Shown here: positions 45,581 to 57,628 of the stretch, one piece after another
Layout of the letters: each line of letters starts with the position of its first letter
Numbering within the stretch: position 1 is the first letter of the stretch
Assembly: GCA_963770495.1 (NCBI GenBank)
Contig: CAVYQA010000015.1
Span: forward strand, 43,914-107,913
Length of the DNA stretch: 64,000 nt
Source: Chitinophagales bacterium
GTDB lineage: Bacteria > Bacteroidota > Bacteroidia > Chitinophagales > CAVYQA01
Direction of reading: 5' to 3'
Made by a program: the position numbers and the translations under genes
The notes under the pieces: model-generated
Seen by the model: the letters and a program-made list of their open reading frames with translations, nothing else
Database searches by the model: none
Told to the model about the DNA's origin: nothing

Positions 45581-48500
45581 GTTTTTGTTTTTTCTTATTA
45601 GCGCGATGGAATATTTCGCCGAATCTGTTAAATTCCTTTCTGAATGAAATGCCTACGCCGTTAACATTTATATTCTCCTGGGCAATATCGTCGTATTGAT
45701 TTTTACGGAATGCTTTCAGGGTATACCTTCCATCGGGGGTAAGAAGATAATCAAGGTCAAAATCCCCGGCAATGTTGGTGGAAGAATTTTGTGATGTTGG
45801 TGCTGAATTAACGTCAACATTACCGCCCACCGTCACCGTTAAACGATTATTTAAAAGCCGTCTGTTTTACTTCTGCCATAAACTCTTTTCCGTTTGTAGC
45901 ATTGACCTGATTATTAGCTCCGGGAACACTGGATAAGGTATAATAATTAATATTCACGTTTGTCGTATTATTGATGGATGAAATAATACTGCTAAGCTGG
46001 CTGGTAAAAAACTCGCTCAGGCTTGTTGTGATAGCAGAAGTGCCGATTGATGTTAAAGAAGAGCTTTGTTCGGGTATAAAAGCGTTTATTAAAAGAAGAG
46101 AAACTACCTGTTTATTCAGTTCGTTTTGATCTTCTCTTATTTGTTGCAGGCGGCTTAATGCCAGGTCGGAGAATGTGGACGACTGGTTAGGTACCGTAAT
46201 GTCAAAATTAATAGCCGGCGTAAGCAGAGAGCCTGTGAGATTCATAACAACATTAACAGGAACAGTTTGGTTTGTGGTTTGCTGTTCAGTGCTTTGCCCC
46301 GTTGAAGTCAAACTGGATAAACTTGCTTGTACTGTATAAATAGCACTGATGTTAATACGCGCTTTGTAAGGATCACCGCTCCAACTGATAGTGCCGCCCT
46401 TGTCAAGCGTAAAAGGTTTATGGACGATATTCTGATACGTGAATAGATAAGACCCGCTTTCAATAGTGTACGTGCCATACATGTTAAATGAACCTGCCGT
46501 ATTTATTTTTATTTGCAGGTTACCATTGCCATTGCCTTTAATTATATCGCCTGTCGTTTGATCAAGAATGATGTTGATTAATGCATCAGGTGTAACGTCA
46601 AGGTCAAAATTAAATTTCAAACTACCGTTATTAAGCAACGCTTCTCCGGCGTTTTTAGATGATGTATCGGCAGTAATGAATTTGATAAAACTTCTGTCGG
46701 TTATATTTTGCCCGCCGCTTATGGGTATTGAGATGACTGTATTTTTTTCACTCTTTACTTCCGCATCAATTTCAAGATCATTTAAAGGTCCCCGGAACAG
46801 AACAGTGCCCGAGCCAAATGCTTTTCCGTAAAACAAATCGTTATCCCTTTGTGTGGTATTTAGTACAAGAAAATTCTTCGTATTCAAATATAAGTTGAGG
46901 CGGAATTCCGTAAGATGGTCATGAATTATTTCTCCCCCAAGCGTTGCCGTGTTTTTATACGTATCATAAAGGGTCACATCATGAAAGCTGATAAGGTTAT
47001 TTGTAAAGTCTACAGTTTCATTATAGAATTTATAATGTGTTTTAAGATAATCAATAGTTGCTTCCGCTGCCGGGATAGCAACCTTGCCGGTGAGTTGAGG
47101 TTTACTAATAGTGCCTGTGAGTTTTAGTATTCCATTACAATCCCCTTTTATACCCGATGCCAATCCAACGAGGAATGGTGATGCAAATGCCAGTTTCACT
47201 TTGTTTAAATTGATAGTGGCATTTAACCCGCTATCGGCATATAAATTATAGTCCCCCACCATCTCCGCGTCGCTGCTGTCTCTTTTAAGGCTAAAATTAA
47301 AATCCACCTGTTGTTGTGTAGTATCTAAATTCATATCGGCAACAAGCTCCCCCAAACTATCGGTATTCAGCCGCGCATCATTAATAGTAAGATTAGACGT
47401 TACGTGCGTCCGTTGTAATGGATTAATAACTGCCAGTTTCCCGTTTAGAGTTCCATAAACAGAATAATCATGAATTTTAAGTAAGTTATAGAAGTCTTCA
47501 ATTTTTACGTTAGTGAATGTTGCCGTTATTGTATTAGCCGTACTTGTTTTAACTCCCGAAAATGCTATCTGCCCGTTCTGTCCATTCAATAGTAAATTGT
47601 TAACGAGAATATGATTTTGAATATAAGTGATGCAGTTGTTGTCAGGTATCACCCATGCCGTGTTATTCAAGTGAAAATTGGATTTAAAAAATGAGAATTT
47701 CATTGAATCCAGGTTTCCTATCAGCCAACCGTTAAGGTTAAGCCGGTTGGCGGAAGTGCTGTCTGCAGCTTCCAGGTAGCAAAGAGCGCTGTCATTGCGA
47801 ACAGCAAAACTCGCAGCAACATCCTGTATACCTGTACTATCGCTCAACTGGATATTTTTTGTATCGACTGTCACTTTTAAACGATTATGATTAGCAACAG
47901 AAACACCTAAATCAACAGATTGAAACTTAAAGTTTTTGTAATCAATTTGGGGAAATGAGCCTGTCAGGGTAATAGAATTATCAGAAGTATTCAAAGAGCC
48001 CGACGCATATGAACCGGTTAGCCCTGTAAAATCGGGGAAGAAGAAATTGGTGAATGGAATAACATTTTTTGCTGTAAAAGTGAATTTCATATCCTGTTTT
48101 GCAGGTTGCCCTTCGGCAGTAAACGGCAGTGAAGGAAAATAATACTTCATCATATCCACAAATGAATCGTAAAAACCATCCAAATAAAAATTGCCTGCCA
48201 GCGTTGCATCCAAAACATCTGACTTTACAGTAACAGTTTTTTCCCCAACGAATGTCGATGAATTTACATGAATAGAATCTATCTCATAATTTTTATCGGC
48301 TAATGTAAATTTGGTATGCTCTATGTTTATATTACCAATCATATTGTCTAGATCATTGCCCGAAAGATTCAGATTCATCGTAGAATTAAGCACAAAATCC
48401 TTATTAGCAAAATGGATGTTTTGTAAATGCGCATCCGTAACGTCGGCAATAAAATTTAATTTGGGTGTCGTATCATTAAAATCAACATTGCCCGAAAAAT

Positions 48501-50260
48501 CAAGATTTAGATTTTTATCATTGACATAAAGTTTGCCATCGAATTTTTTCCGGTCAAAGTGACCAAAAACAATCATGTCATGGTAGTTGTAATGATTAAA
48601 AACAAATTGTGAAATGCCAGAATTCATCTGTGCACTTACATTATCGGCGCGCAGCCCGTCTGCCGTTAATATCCGCATTTAATGTAATGGTGCCAAGCAG
48701 AGAATCATTGCCAAAAAATTTTCCCAGGTTAAAATTATCTGCAGAAAAATTGCCCGAATAGAAGGCATGATTTTGTTTGTTAACTTTAAAATTTATATCA
48801 GTAGTAATGCTCCCTATAGCGGTATTGAACGTACCATAAGCTACAAAGTCGTTGATAAAGCCCGTATAATTGCCGGTGAAATTTACCTGTCCCAGTGTGT
48901 TAATATTGTCAGGAATTTTAATGCGGGGCATTAATATTTTCAGGTCGTTGGAAGTGGCGGCAAGCTGCCTTATATCAATGGTAGCAAAAGTCTCGTCTAT
49001 ATCAGGCAATCCCCTTAATTCCACATCACCGTAAAAGATGCCATTTGTGCCAAATTGCAGCTTCAAATCTTTGCCATGAAGGTCATTTACCGGTCCGGTT
49101 ATTTCCCCATCGGCTAACAGGGTTTTACTGATAGCATCTTTTACATCGGGTGCAAAACAGGCGATATCCTCAAATGAGATTTTACAATTTTTCAAATTGC
49201 CTTTCATGCGGACTTCTGCGGGGTATTCTGTAAATGCACGGAAATCGTGAAAATTCATTTGAAAATAATCTTTTATTTCACTGTTAGTCGTTTCTATGAG
49301 AAGATGATTAAGCGTGATTTGTTTAGGAGTAATCTTCGTATCTGCTACAAGATGCTTAACTGCAAACCCGCTGCGTTCCATGGCAGAAAAATCTTTGAAT
49401 TGTCCTTTAATAGTGTCCTTAATGAATGTACCATTTTCAATGTCCATATTCAATGAAGAAACAACTATGTGAGATGGATCGAACTTACCTTTTGCCGGCT
49501 TAAACGTATCCGTGTTCATGGTAAAAGAGCAATTTGTCAGCATGAATTTTTTGCAGATGAGTTTAAACGCTTTTGTGTTTAAATGTACAATGCTTGTATC
49601 GTGAGTTGCAGGGGTGGAAGGATATAGATAGGAGTAATCTGTAAATGCCACATCCGCTTTATCTATCGTAGCATTTTTCAGGTCAAATAACGGAACAGAT
49701 AAATCCACTTTTCTGAAATTGAAAATACCATGTTTCAAATTCACTTTTACTTCGTTGGCAGAATTTTCATCGCGCAATACAAATTTTATATTATTCATTT
49801 CAAAATCATCAATAGAAAATTGATACTTAGAACCGCCCTTTTCGGTAGTGGTATCTTTTGAGGCAAAGGCATTAATAATGAATTGAAAATTGAAATCGGA
49901 ATCAGTATGCGCTCTGTAAAGCTTAACGGTTGCATCATCCAATTCGGTAAATTTTAGCTGCAAGTGTTTGCCAAAAAAAGAGAATAAACTGATATTGGCT
50001 TGCAAACGACCTAATGATAACAGCGTATCATGCCGCTGGTCTTCAACGTAAATGTTTTTTATATCGGCGGTTTTGAAAAATTTTATATCCACTGAACCGA
50101 CGTCCACCTTTGTATGCAGTTTATTCGATAAAACCCCCGCCACTCTTTGAACGATATAAGTTTGGACACTGGGAATCCGTACCAGCACTGTAACGAGAAA
50201 AGACAGTGCAAGTAAAATGGCAATGGTTATCAGCGAAATTTTAATTATTTTTTTTACCAT
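45567..50260 (-). CDS. tamB: Translocation/assembly module TamB-like protein (about 1,563 aa, two +1 indels)
   Basis: N-terminal anchor VRIPSVQT; C-terminal DUF490-type GTISWSGDPYKA, GDFDLDYLLTPDGRYTLKAF and GVGISFRKEFN. Three track ORFs join by removing T48659 and T45861. Confidence 0.85.
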
Positions 50261-50374
50261 TACAGAAGCAAATTCCCTAAAACAATCCTATTATATAATA
50301 CGCTATACAGCCTTGATTGTTGCTATATTCAATAACTTTGCCAAGAACGAAAAAAGGGAGTAAAATAAACCGGT

Positions 50375-51658
50375 TCAGGATAGTTTTTTCAGCGCTTTTT
50401 TCAAGTTGTCAAGGGCAAAATCAATTTCTTCCATCGAACAAGTGCCCACAGACAGGCGATACCAGGTGGAGTTTGGGGAAGTGCCAAAGGCATAAAACGG
50501 CACTAAGGCTATTTTGGCTTCATTCAGGATATAAGAGGTTGTGTCTTCCGTTGATTGTAATATAACGCCATCTGCTCTCTTTTTGCCTTGCAGGTTGATT
50601 TGTACAGTAAGATAAATTGCCGCCTGCGGGGCAATGGCATAAACCGGGTATCCCGCTTTATTCAGCTTCATAATGCCCTTGTAAAATGCCACAAGACGCT
50701 GGTTTACCTTATCTTTATATTTATCAAGGTAAGCATCAACGTTTTTCTTTTGCCGCAAATATTTTGCAGTGGCCACCTGTTCGGCTTTAGGCGCCCACGC
50801 GCCTACGTGGGTGAGTATGGCTTTCATTTTATCAATAATGTGGCGGGGACCAAATGCCCAGCCAACACGCACTCCCGTGGCGGCAAATGCCTTTGATATG
50901 CCATCAATAAAAATGGTGTAGTTACGCATACCGGGGCGCAGAGATACCGGGTTGTAATGTTTTATCGTTCCAAAAGTAAGTATCCAGTATATCTGGTCAT
51001 ATAACAGGTAAAGAGGTTTTTCAGTATCGGAACGGCGGGCGTTTTCTTCGAGCACTAAATCGCATATTTCTTCAAGCGCTTGTTTTGTAAAAGTTGTTCC
51101 TGTGGGGTTTAACGGTGAACATAGGGCTATAAGGGTTGCTTCTTTAATAAAGGGGCGCAATTCATCTGCCGTAGGCATAAAATTATTTTCCGGCTTTGTT
51201 TCCACGAAAACGGCATTGGCATTTGTAAGATGGCAATAGTGGTTATTGTTCCACGACGGAACGGGAAAAATCACCGTATCTTGCGGGTCAATAAGTGTGC
51301 GATAGGTGGCATATATCAAAGGGCGTGCACCTGCCGCAATAAGAATTTCCTCACTGTCGTAGAGCAATGATTCACGGTCAATGAGAAATTCTTTCACTGC
51401 ATTTCTCAAATCAGCAATGCCGTTTGCAGCAGGATAGTTGGTTTGGTTATCCCTGTAAGCAGCAACAATAGCGTCATTAAGTTCTGCCGGGATAGGAAAT
51501 TTTTTCGGGTCGAAATCGCCTATGGTAAGGTTATATACCTTTTCTCCGCGCTTTATCATCTCATTTACCTCAGCGGCAAGTTTAATGATTTCAGAGCCGA
51601 TGAGATTTTCAGCCATTTCAGAGACCATGAGTACGGGTTGTAAAGCGATTTCCGGCAT
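50375..51658 (-). CDS. PLP-dependent aminotransferase class I/II (aspartate aminotransferase-like)
   Basis: NLTIGDF, CSPLNPTG, YDQIY, and DGISKAFAATGVRVGW with the PLP lysine. Confidence 0.92.
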   Translation of the reverse strand: MPEIALQPVLMVSEMAENLIGSEIIKLAAEVNEMIKRGEKVYNLTIGDFDPKKFPIPAELNDAIVAAYRDNQTNYPAANGIADLRNAVKEFLIDRESLLYDSEEILIAAGARPLIYATYRTLIDPQDTVIFPVPSWNNNHYCHLTNANAVFVETKPENNFMPTADELRPFIKEATLIALCSPLNPTGTTFTKQALEEICDLVLEENARRSDTEKPLYLLYDQIYWILTFGTIKHYNPVSLRPGMRNYTIFIDGISKAFAATGVRVGWAFGPRHIIDKMKAILTHVGAWAPKAEQVATAKYLRQKKNVDAYLDKYKDKVNQRLVAFYKGIMKLNKAGYPVYAIAPQAAIYLTVQINLQGKKRADGVILQSTEDTTSYILNEAKIALVPFYAFGTSPNSTWYRLSVGTCSMEEIDFALDNLKKALKKLS

Positions 51659-51899
51659 ATGCAGAGTAAGTTAAAAGTACAATTAAATATTTTACAAAAT
51701 TAAAAATACCCCTGCTAAAAACAAATTGATTTGGCATAATATTTTCATTATTTAATAGAACAATATGAATTTTATTTTAAACTAAATGAGGTTTATTATT
51801 GTTCTTAAAGAGGATGATTAGTATCAGTATATTAAATGATGGTTGTCATTGATTTCAGAAAGTGCAGTTTATATTTTTGAACTATTAAAATTAAAAATT

Positions 51900-52313
51900 A
51901 TGAAACTGAAAATTACAAGAACGTTGAGACAATTTATTTTAGTTGTACTTATAACAAATGTGTTAACTATCGCCAAAGTTAATGCTCAAAACAATTTTAT
52001 AACGGGTACAGCAGGACCAAATACAGACCAATCGTCAACCTATTCCAAACCGGTTGACAATATTATTAATATGGTAATTTACCCTCGTCCTGCTCATGAT
52101 ATTGTAAATGTGCAGGCACAGGTCAACATAGCATCTAATGTAAATATGACGGTAATGGATATTCTGGGAAGAGTAATAATTGAAAGAACAGAATTACTTC
52201 CTGTTGGACCTTTTAATTATAAGTTAGATTTATCGCACTTACCGAATGGTATGTATATCTTAGAAATCAGGTGCGGCGACCAGGTACTGTCAACCAAACT
52301 TATAAAATATTAG
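51900..52313 (+). CDS. Small T9SS protein: signal peptide + short linker + CTD only
   Basis: Signal ending KVNA/Q; IYPRPAHD...MDILGRVI...LPNGMYILEI...TKLIKY. Confidence 0.75.
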   Translation: MKLKITRTLRQFILVVLITNVLTIAKVNAQNNFITGTAGPNTDQSSTYSKPVDNIINMVIYPRPAHDIVNVQAQVNIASNVNMTVMDILGRVIIERTELLPVGPFNYKLDLSHLPNGMYILEIRCGDQVLSTKLIKY

Positions 52314-52399
52314 AGAGTGAACCTTGGTTACAACTTTTAGTTGACTTTTTATTAATTATTGCCTTAAGAAGAAAGGATATATTAGTTCAATACTAATAC

Positions 52400-52897
52400 T
52401 TACTTAGCCATCATTGATGTATTGCCATCCATGTCTACAAATTCTTTATCCTTCATTTTAACAAATGAGCCGTTCGTCTGTCGTATAGTTCCATCCGGAG
52501 TGGCATAGGTATTGTTTTTCAACAATAAGGGTTTACTTAAGACGCTCCAAACCCACATAATGCCGTTTTGTTTTGTCACTATACCATCTACAGTCGTCAG
52601 TTTTTGATTTAAGCCCACCATTTCGCCCTTGAAATTGACACAATCGCTTTCACTGAGTGTAAATGTTTTACCTCCAGCGAGTTTTACAGTACCATCAGTA
52701 CTGGCTTTTACGCCGTTATCCAGATTCATATCTCCGGTCATTTTTCTTATATACCATATTTTGCCGTCTTTTTTCAATACCCCCTCTTTCATGTCAACAT
52801 GCTTAGATGCTTTTGCTGAAGTTTGCTTGCCTGATTTTTGGGCAAATGCCACTGTTGTTATCATAATGGCACATAAGAAAATAGTAAGCTTTTTCAT
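52400..52897 (-). CDS. Secreted protein with two DUF6799-like repeats
   Basis: Signal peptide; repeated DG...K.DG..W....M...L.NG....DGT...G....L.....V...G units. Confidence 0.7.
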   Translation of the reverse strand: MKKLTIFLCAIMITTVAFAQKSGKQTSAKASKHVDMKEGVLKKDGKIWYIRKMTGDMNLDNGVKASTDGTVKLAGGKTFTLSESDCVNFKGEMVGLNQKLTTVDGIVTKQNGIMWVWSVLSKPLLLKNNTYATPDGTIRQTNGSFVKMKDKEFVDMDGNTSMMAK

Positions 52898-53044
52898 AAC
52901 CTTGAATTTTAGATTAGTTGGTTTCGCGTTTGATACGTCAAATATCATTAATTTGTTTCAAATAGCAATTAAAAATTATTAACCATATAAGGTTACTAAT
53001 CCTTTAATAAACAAGTAAGTTTGCAAGCATACATCATTTTTAGT

Positions 53045-53933
53045 ATGACTTATGGCGAATTGCACCGGTTTATGATTAAGCAACTCTGCAAAATTTATTC
53101 TGTCGGGGAAGCGAAAAGCATTGCCCGCCTTGTGTTTGAAGACGTTTTGAAGCTTAATTCAATAGATTTTTTCCTGGAAGCGAAGAAAGAAGTTACTCCT
53201 GCAAACCAAGCCCGGCTTGAACAAATTGTAAAGCGCCTTTTACAACATGAACCGGTTCAATATATAACCGGCACTGCCGGTTTTTATGGATTGAAATTTA
53301 AAGTTAATCCCCATGTTTTAATTCCGCGTCCTGAAACGGAAGAATTAGTGAAATGGATACTTTCAGATATAAAAAATAATCCCTATACCAAAAAGCCAGC
53401 CATTCTTGACATTGGCACTGGCAGCGGCGGTATAGCCATTGTATTAAAGAAAAATTGTGCTGATGCAGCTCGTTTTTGCCATGGATATAAGCGAAGAGGC
53501 ATTAACAGTTGCGCGCCAAAATGCGGTAATGAACAGGGCGGAAGTGAATTTTTTTGCGGGAGATATTCTTACTTATAAACCTGCGCCAAACCTGCGTTGC
53601 GATATAATTGTCAGCAATCCGCCCTATATCAAAAAAAGTGAACAACACGAAATGCCGCTTAATGTAGTGAATTATGAACCCCATTCAGCGCTGTTTGTGG
53701 AAGATAATGATGCGCTGGTATTTTATAAAGCTATCTGTGGTTTTGCCGCCGCTACGCTCACTGACGCAGGGCTTCTTTATTTTGAGATTAATGAATCACT
53801 TGGCGCAGAAGTAAAGCAATTACTCACGGAATCGGCTTTCGGGGATATTATTATCCGGAAAGATATAAATGGCAAAGAGCGAATGGTACGTTGTTCCGCT
53901 CCGGTCACTCCTGCTCCTTCTGGAAATCAATAG
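53045..53933 (+). CDS. prmC: Release factor glutamine methyltransferase (one +1 indel at 53471)
   Basis: EPVQYITG, VLIPRPETEELV, LDIGTGSGGI, IIVSNPPY. Removing C53471 joins the two track ORFs (DAAVFAMDIS). Confidence 0.93.
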
Positions 53934-54738
53934 GTAACATCATTTCCACAGGTACAACATGACCGTTAGTGCTGCCCGGTGTCCATAAAGGCATATTTTT
54001 TATTGCCTCCATTGCATTTTGCGCGCAACCATATCCCATTTTATCTTTTAAAAGTTTTACATCATGCACAGTCCCGTCAGCATCTATAACAAAACTGATA
54101 TACACTTTTCCTTCCGCATCTAATGCGATGGGGGGAACTTGTATATGCTTTTTTAAATAATTATCTAACGCCCCCTCACCTCCGGGAAACCGGGGCATAA
54201 CATCAGGATTAAATACAGGTTTAGTAGGTGCGGCGGTTGGTGTTCCGTCCGAACCGGGTGGTAGCGATGGTGTAGCAGGTATTAATCCGGGTATACTGGG
54301 TCCATCTGCCGCAGGTGTATTTATTTTTGGCTGGTCTGTTTTATTGCTGTCGGGTTTTAAAACAGGAGGTGGCAATTGTTTAACGAGTTTAAAATTATTT
54401 TTATCCGGTGCAGGTTTAGGCGCTGTCGTTTTAGGCAGCAGGGTATTTGTTTTTTTCTGCGTTGTATTAGCCGGGGGCAGCTTAAGCTTTTTTCCGAAGT
54501 TAACTACCGGTCCGGGAACTTTTGGTAAAGCTAAATTCGGCACTTGATGTGAAGTAAAAATCATTGCTAAGAGAAAAAACAGTAAAAAAATACTCATAGT
54601 AATGAGCATTGATTTGTTCACCCGCTCATCATAATGTTTGCGAAGGATATAGGCGCCGTAAGCTTTGTTGCGGTGCTCAAATAAAATGTCGGTGAGGTCA
54701 GTCCTTACATCGGCTTTGAAGATTTTCTGAGCAGTCAT
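53905..54738 (-). CDS. TonB-family energy transducer
   Basis: DILFEHRNKAYGAYILRK start, single TM helix, Pro-rich linker, MPRFPGGE...VYISFVIDADG...WTPG C-terminal domain. Confidence 0.9.
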   Translation of the reverse strand: MTAQKIFKADVRTDLTDILFEHRNKAYGAYILRKHYDERVNKSMLITMSIFLLFFLLAMIFTSHQVPNLALPKVPGPVVNFGKKLKLPPANTTQKKTNTLLPKTTAPKPAPDKNNFKLVKQLPPPVLKPDSNKTDQPKINTPAADGPSIPGLIPATPSLPPGSDGTPTAAPTKPVFNPDVMPRFPGGEGALDNYLKKHIQVPPIALDAEGKVYISFVIDADGTVHDVKLLKDKMGYGCAQNAMEAIKNMPLWTPGSTNGHVVPVEMMLPIDFQKEQE

Positions 54739-54846
54739 GGGAAAATAGTTTATTACTTAAACGGCAGGGTATAATAAAATAGTATGTATAAACTATTTTA
54801 TAATAGTTTTCATTCTGAATTAAATAAGTAAAAATGAGAAAATGAA

Positions 54847-55125
54847 TCAGTGAATGACCTCTGTTTTCAGGGCTATATCTTCAAGAATGGCGCTCACGCT
54901 AAGGCAATCTTCAAGAATGCCGTTAAACACCCGCGACTTGCCGGTTGTGTGCACTTCGTTGGCGAGTTGTTGGGCTTTTTTTTCTGTACATTCAATGGCA
55001 AGCATAAGCTGGAAGATGACCTCATCAAAGGTGTGCCAGTCGTCATTATAGAGTATAACACAACCCAATCCCTCGGTGGTGGTGTCAATGGATTCTTCCA
55101 GTTCTTTTAATTCTACGTCAAACAT
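54847..55125 (-). CDS. clpS: ATP-dependent Clp protease adaptor ClpS
   Basis: VILYNDDWHTFDEVI...QLANEVHTTGKS motif; start taken at MFDVEL. Confidence 0.88.
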   Translation of the reverse strand: MFDVELKELEESIDTTTEGLGCVILYNDDWHTFDEVIFQLMLAIECTEKKAQQLANEVHTTGKSRVFNGILEDCLSVSAILEDIALKTEVIH

Positions 55126-55198
55126 AGTATCTTTATAAACACCAAAACAATTCAAGCTTGGATTTATTCCTATCAAAGTTAAAAAATATTTTCTATTT

Positions 55199-55783
55199 AT
55201 GAAAGAAAAAATCAGGTGCAGCTGGTGTTTGAAAGGCGATGAACAATTGTACATTGATTACCACGACAAAGAATGGGGCGTGCCGCAACATGATGATACC
55301 AAATTGTTCGAAGCCATCATACTTGATGCATTCCAGGCGGGACTTAGCTGGCTCACTATCTTAAAAAGGCGCGAAACGTTTCGCAAGGCATTCGACAATT
55401 TTGATGCGCGCAAAATTGCAAAGTATAATGAAAGGAAAATACAAAAGTTGTTGAAAGATGAAGGCATCATCCGCAACCGGTTGAAGGTGCGTGCTGCAGT
55501 CACCAATGCACAGGCTTTTCTTGCTGTGCAGGAAGAATTCGGAACCTTTAATGATTATATCTGGCAGTTTACCGACGGGAAAACAATTGTTAATACCCAT
55601 CGTGAAATGAAAACCATTTTACCCAAGACACCTGAATCGGATGCCATGAGCAAGGCACTACAGGCAAGAGGATTCAGGTTTGTGGGCAGCACAATATGCT
55701 ATGCTTTTATGCAAGCCGTTGGTATGGTTAACGACCATGTCACCGATTGTTTCAGATATAATGAAGTATCAAAACTCCGTTAA
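55199..55783 (+). CDS. tag: DNA-3-methyladenine glycosylase I
   Basis: RCSW, YHDKEWG, FQAGLSWLTIL, IIRNRLK, FVGSTICYAFMQAVGMVNDH..C. Confidence 0.96.
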   Translation: MKEKIRCSWCLKGDEQLYIDYHDKEWGVPQHDDTKLFEAIILDAFQAGLSWLTILKRRETFRKAFDNFDARKIAKYNERKIQKLLKDEGIIRNRLKVRAAVTNAQAFLAVQEEFGTFNDYIWQFTDGKTIVNTHREMKTILPKTPESDAMSKALQARGFRFVGSTICYAFMQAVGMVNDHVTDCFRYNEVSKLR

Positions 55784-57213
55784 ACTCTAAACCTCAGGAA
55801 AAAGAAAGAGCCTCCCAGCACCACTGTGTTTGTTCTGAAAAAATTAAGCATATCAGCATAACTTATTCCCCATTGCCACAACGCTTTCGTGCCTGTTCCT
55901 ACTACTATTCCTAAAGGAACAGTGATGGGTGCATAGGCGCTATTCTGAACGCCTATAGTAACTCTGAAACCGGGTCCGGGGCAATAGCCGCCTGACAGTG
56001 TGGTAACGGGCTGTTCTAAATTGCCGCCGGCTGAATTAAGCGGCACATCAATATCAGCCGCCACAACAAATTTTTGAATAAGAAAGATGCTGCCGCCTAA
56101 ATGCAATTGGGTGGGCAGTGGCGCCGTAAATGATGTGGGGTGAGTGAAAACTATTGTGGTCTTGTTACCTTTTTTATCCAATGTGCCTACACCGCTGTAA
56201 TTTTTAAAACTATCTACTTTTGTATTCAATACCTGGTCAGTTGTGTCGCCCCAGGTCATGTCACCAAATCCAACATCGGTTATTGACGCGCTAACGCGTA
56301 TATTTTTATTGATAACCAATGTGCCGCCCAAATCAAAGCCCTCTCCATGCGCTGCTGCCGCCGGACCTGAGATGGCTATGCTGGTGTAATTAGGTTTTTT
56401 ACTGCTGTCGCCTAAAGATGAGAAGGTACTGGAGTAAGATAAAAGTGCAGATTCGCTTGCGTTTGCGCCTGTGCCTGTAGTATAGCCATCAGCATATGCA
56501 AATCCTGAAACGTATTCTAAAGTTGCTCCTGCGTATAAAGCAATATTGTCGTTAATGTTAAGAATTTCCCTCCCGTAGCTTAAGGAATAAGAGCGTGTAT
56601 AGGAACCTTTAACGTAAGCGCCGTTGAAAGCGTTTGAAACGTTTTGAGGGTTATTGGTAACTCCGATGTGGTCTCCATTTGGTGTATCAATAGCAGTAAA
56701 ATAATTTGAATTATAGCCGTTAAACCCAATGTTTGCCCCCGTGGGGTTCATAAAAATATTTAATAAAATGCGGTCTTGCACGGTAAATGCAAAGCCGCCT
56801 ATTTTAGGTATTTGCACTGAAGCGCCGAAATCCATGATATTAAGAGACAACGTCACACCGTGATTGGCAAATCCTGCCGCAAGGGCTTGCTGGTAAGTAA
56901 CAGAGTCGCTAAAAAAATTTTTAATGGTTGAAAACCCAACGGCATTAGAAGCCAATCTGCCATCGAGACCGACAAATCCGAACGTTATAACAGGAGCGCC
57001 TTTGCCAACCAAGCCAAGGTTGGCGGGGTTTAAGTCGGCACAATTATAGTCCTGGTTTAAGGTGGTGCCGATTCCCGGAAGCCCGCCGGTTTGTAATAAC
57101 ACGGGTAATTGTGGCGGAGGCGGAGGTGGTGTCGGGGGCAGCGGTTGCACTTGTGAATAGGCAAACTGTATGGAAAACAGTGTACAAAAAGCGAAAGTGT
57201 AAAGGACTTTCAT
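55780..57213 (-). CDS. Outer-membrane beta-barrel protein (DUF5723-like)
   Basis: Signal peptide, NPANLG motif, GEGFDLGGT, C-terminal FRV. Confidence 0.6.
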   Translation of the reverse strand: MKVLYTFAFCTLFSIQFAYSQVQPLPPTPPPPPPQLPVLLQTGGLPGIGTTLNQDYNCADLNPANLGLVGKGAPVITFGFVGLDGRLASNAVGFSTIKNFFSDSVTYQQALAAGFANHGVTLSLNIMDFGASVQIPKIGGFAFTVQDRILLNIFMNPTGANIGFNGYNSNYFTAIDTPNGDHIGVTNNPQNVSNAFNGAYVKGSYTRSYSLSYGREILNINDNIALYAGATLEYVSGFAYADGYTTGTGANASESALLSYSSTFSSLGDSSKKPNYTSIAISGPAAAAHGEGFDLGGTLVINKNIRVSASITDVGFGDMTWGDTTDQVLNTKVDSFKNYSGVGTLDKKGNKTTIVFTHPTSFTAPLPTQLHLGGSIFLIQKFVVAADIDVPLNSAGGNLEQPVTTLSGGYCPGPGFRVTIGVQNSAYAPITVPLGIVVGTGTKALWQWGISYADMLNFFRTNTVVLGGSFFFLRFRV

Positions 57214-57370
57214 AGGTTTAAAAGATTTAACTGATTAAATACCAAAAAAAATTCTCAGCGCATATTAGATTTAAAGGTACAGTAAAAAATTATATGTTGT
57301 ATAGATTAAAGTTATGACACGTATAAATTTTTTCCACTTTCAATTGTCTACGGTTCATAATCAATTACTT

Positions 57371-57399
57371 CCACCCCTAAATCCCCTAAAGGGGACTTT
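57371..57399. repeat. REP-like hairpin
   Basis: CCCCTAAATCCCCTAAAGGGGACT with a TCCCC/GGGGA stem. Confidence 0.55.
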
Positions 57400-57526
57400 T
57401 AGTTCAGTAATTAAATCGGGACAATTTCGTTTTATTATTCTCTTGTATTTTTTTTCATTTTCAGATTTTCAAATTAATTTTCATCAACTCTGTTTTGGAA
57501 TAACTTCCCTTTTGCCTCACCCTTAT

Positions 57527-57554
57527 TCCCTCTCCATCCAAAAATGGAGAGGGA
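57527..57554. repeat. REP-like hairpin / possible terminator downstream of terL
   Basis: Perfect 11-bp stem TCCCTCTCCAT-CCAAAA-ATGGAGAGGGA. Confidence 0.7.
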
Positions 57555-57628
57555 CACTCTCTTATCTTGATTTATATGGGTATCTGATTTTAATTTTCTC
57601 ATTTTTTTCATTTTCAAATTGTTTTTAC

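Noticed and set aside
14588-53471. Genuine pseudogenes, programmed frameshifting or slipped-strand phase variation in tnaA, tamB, prmC and the fibre genes
   Set aside because: The indels hit near-essential genes, are not in long homopolymers or slippery heptamers, and cluster at two short motifs, which fits systematic sequencing error better.
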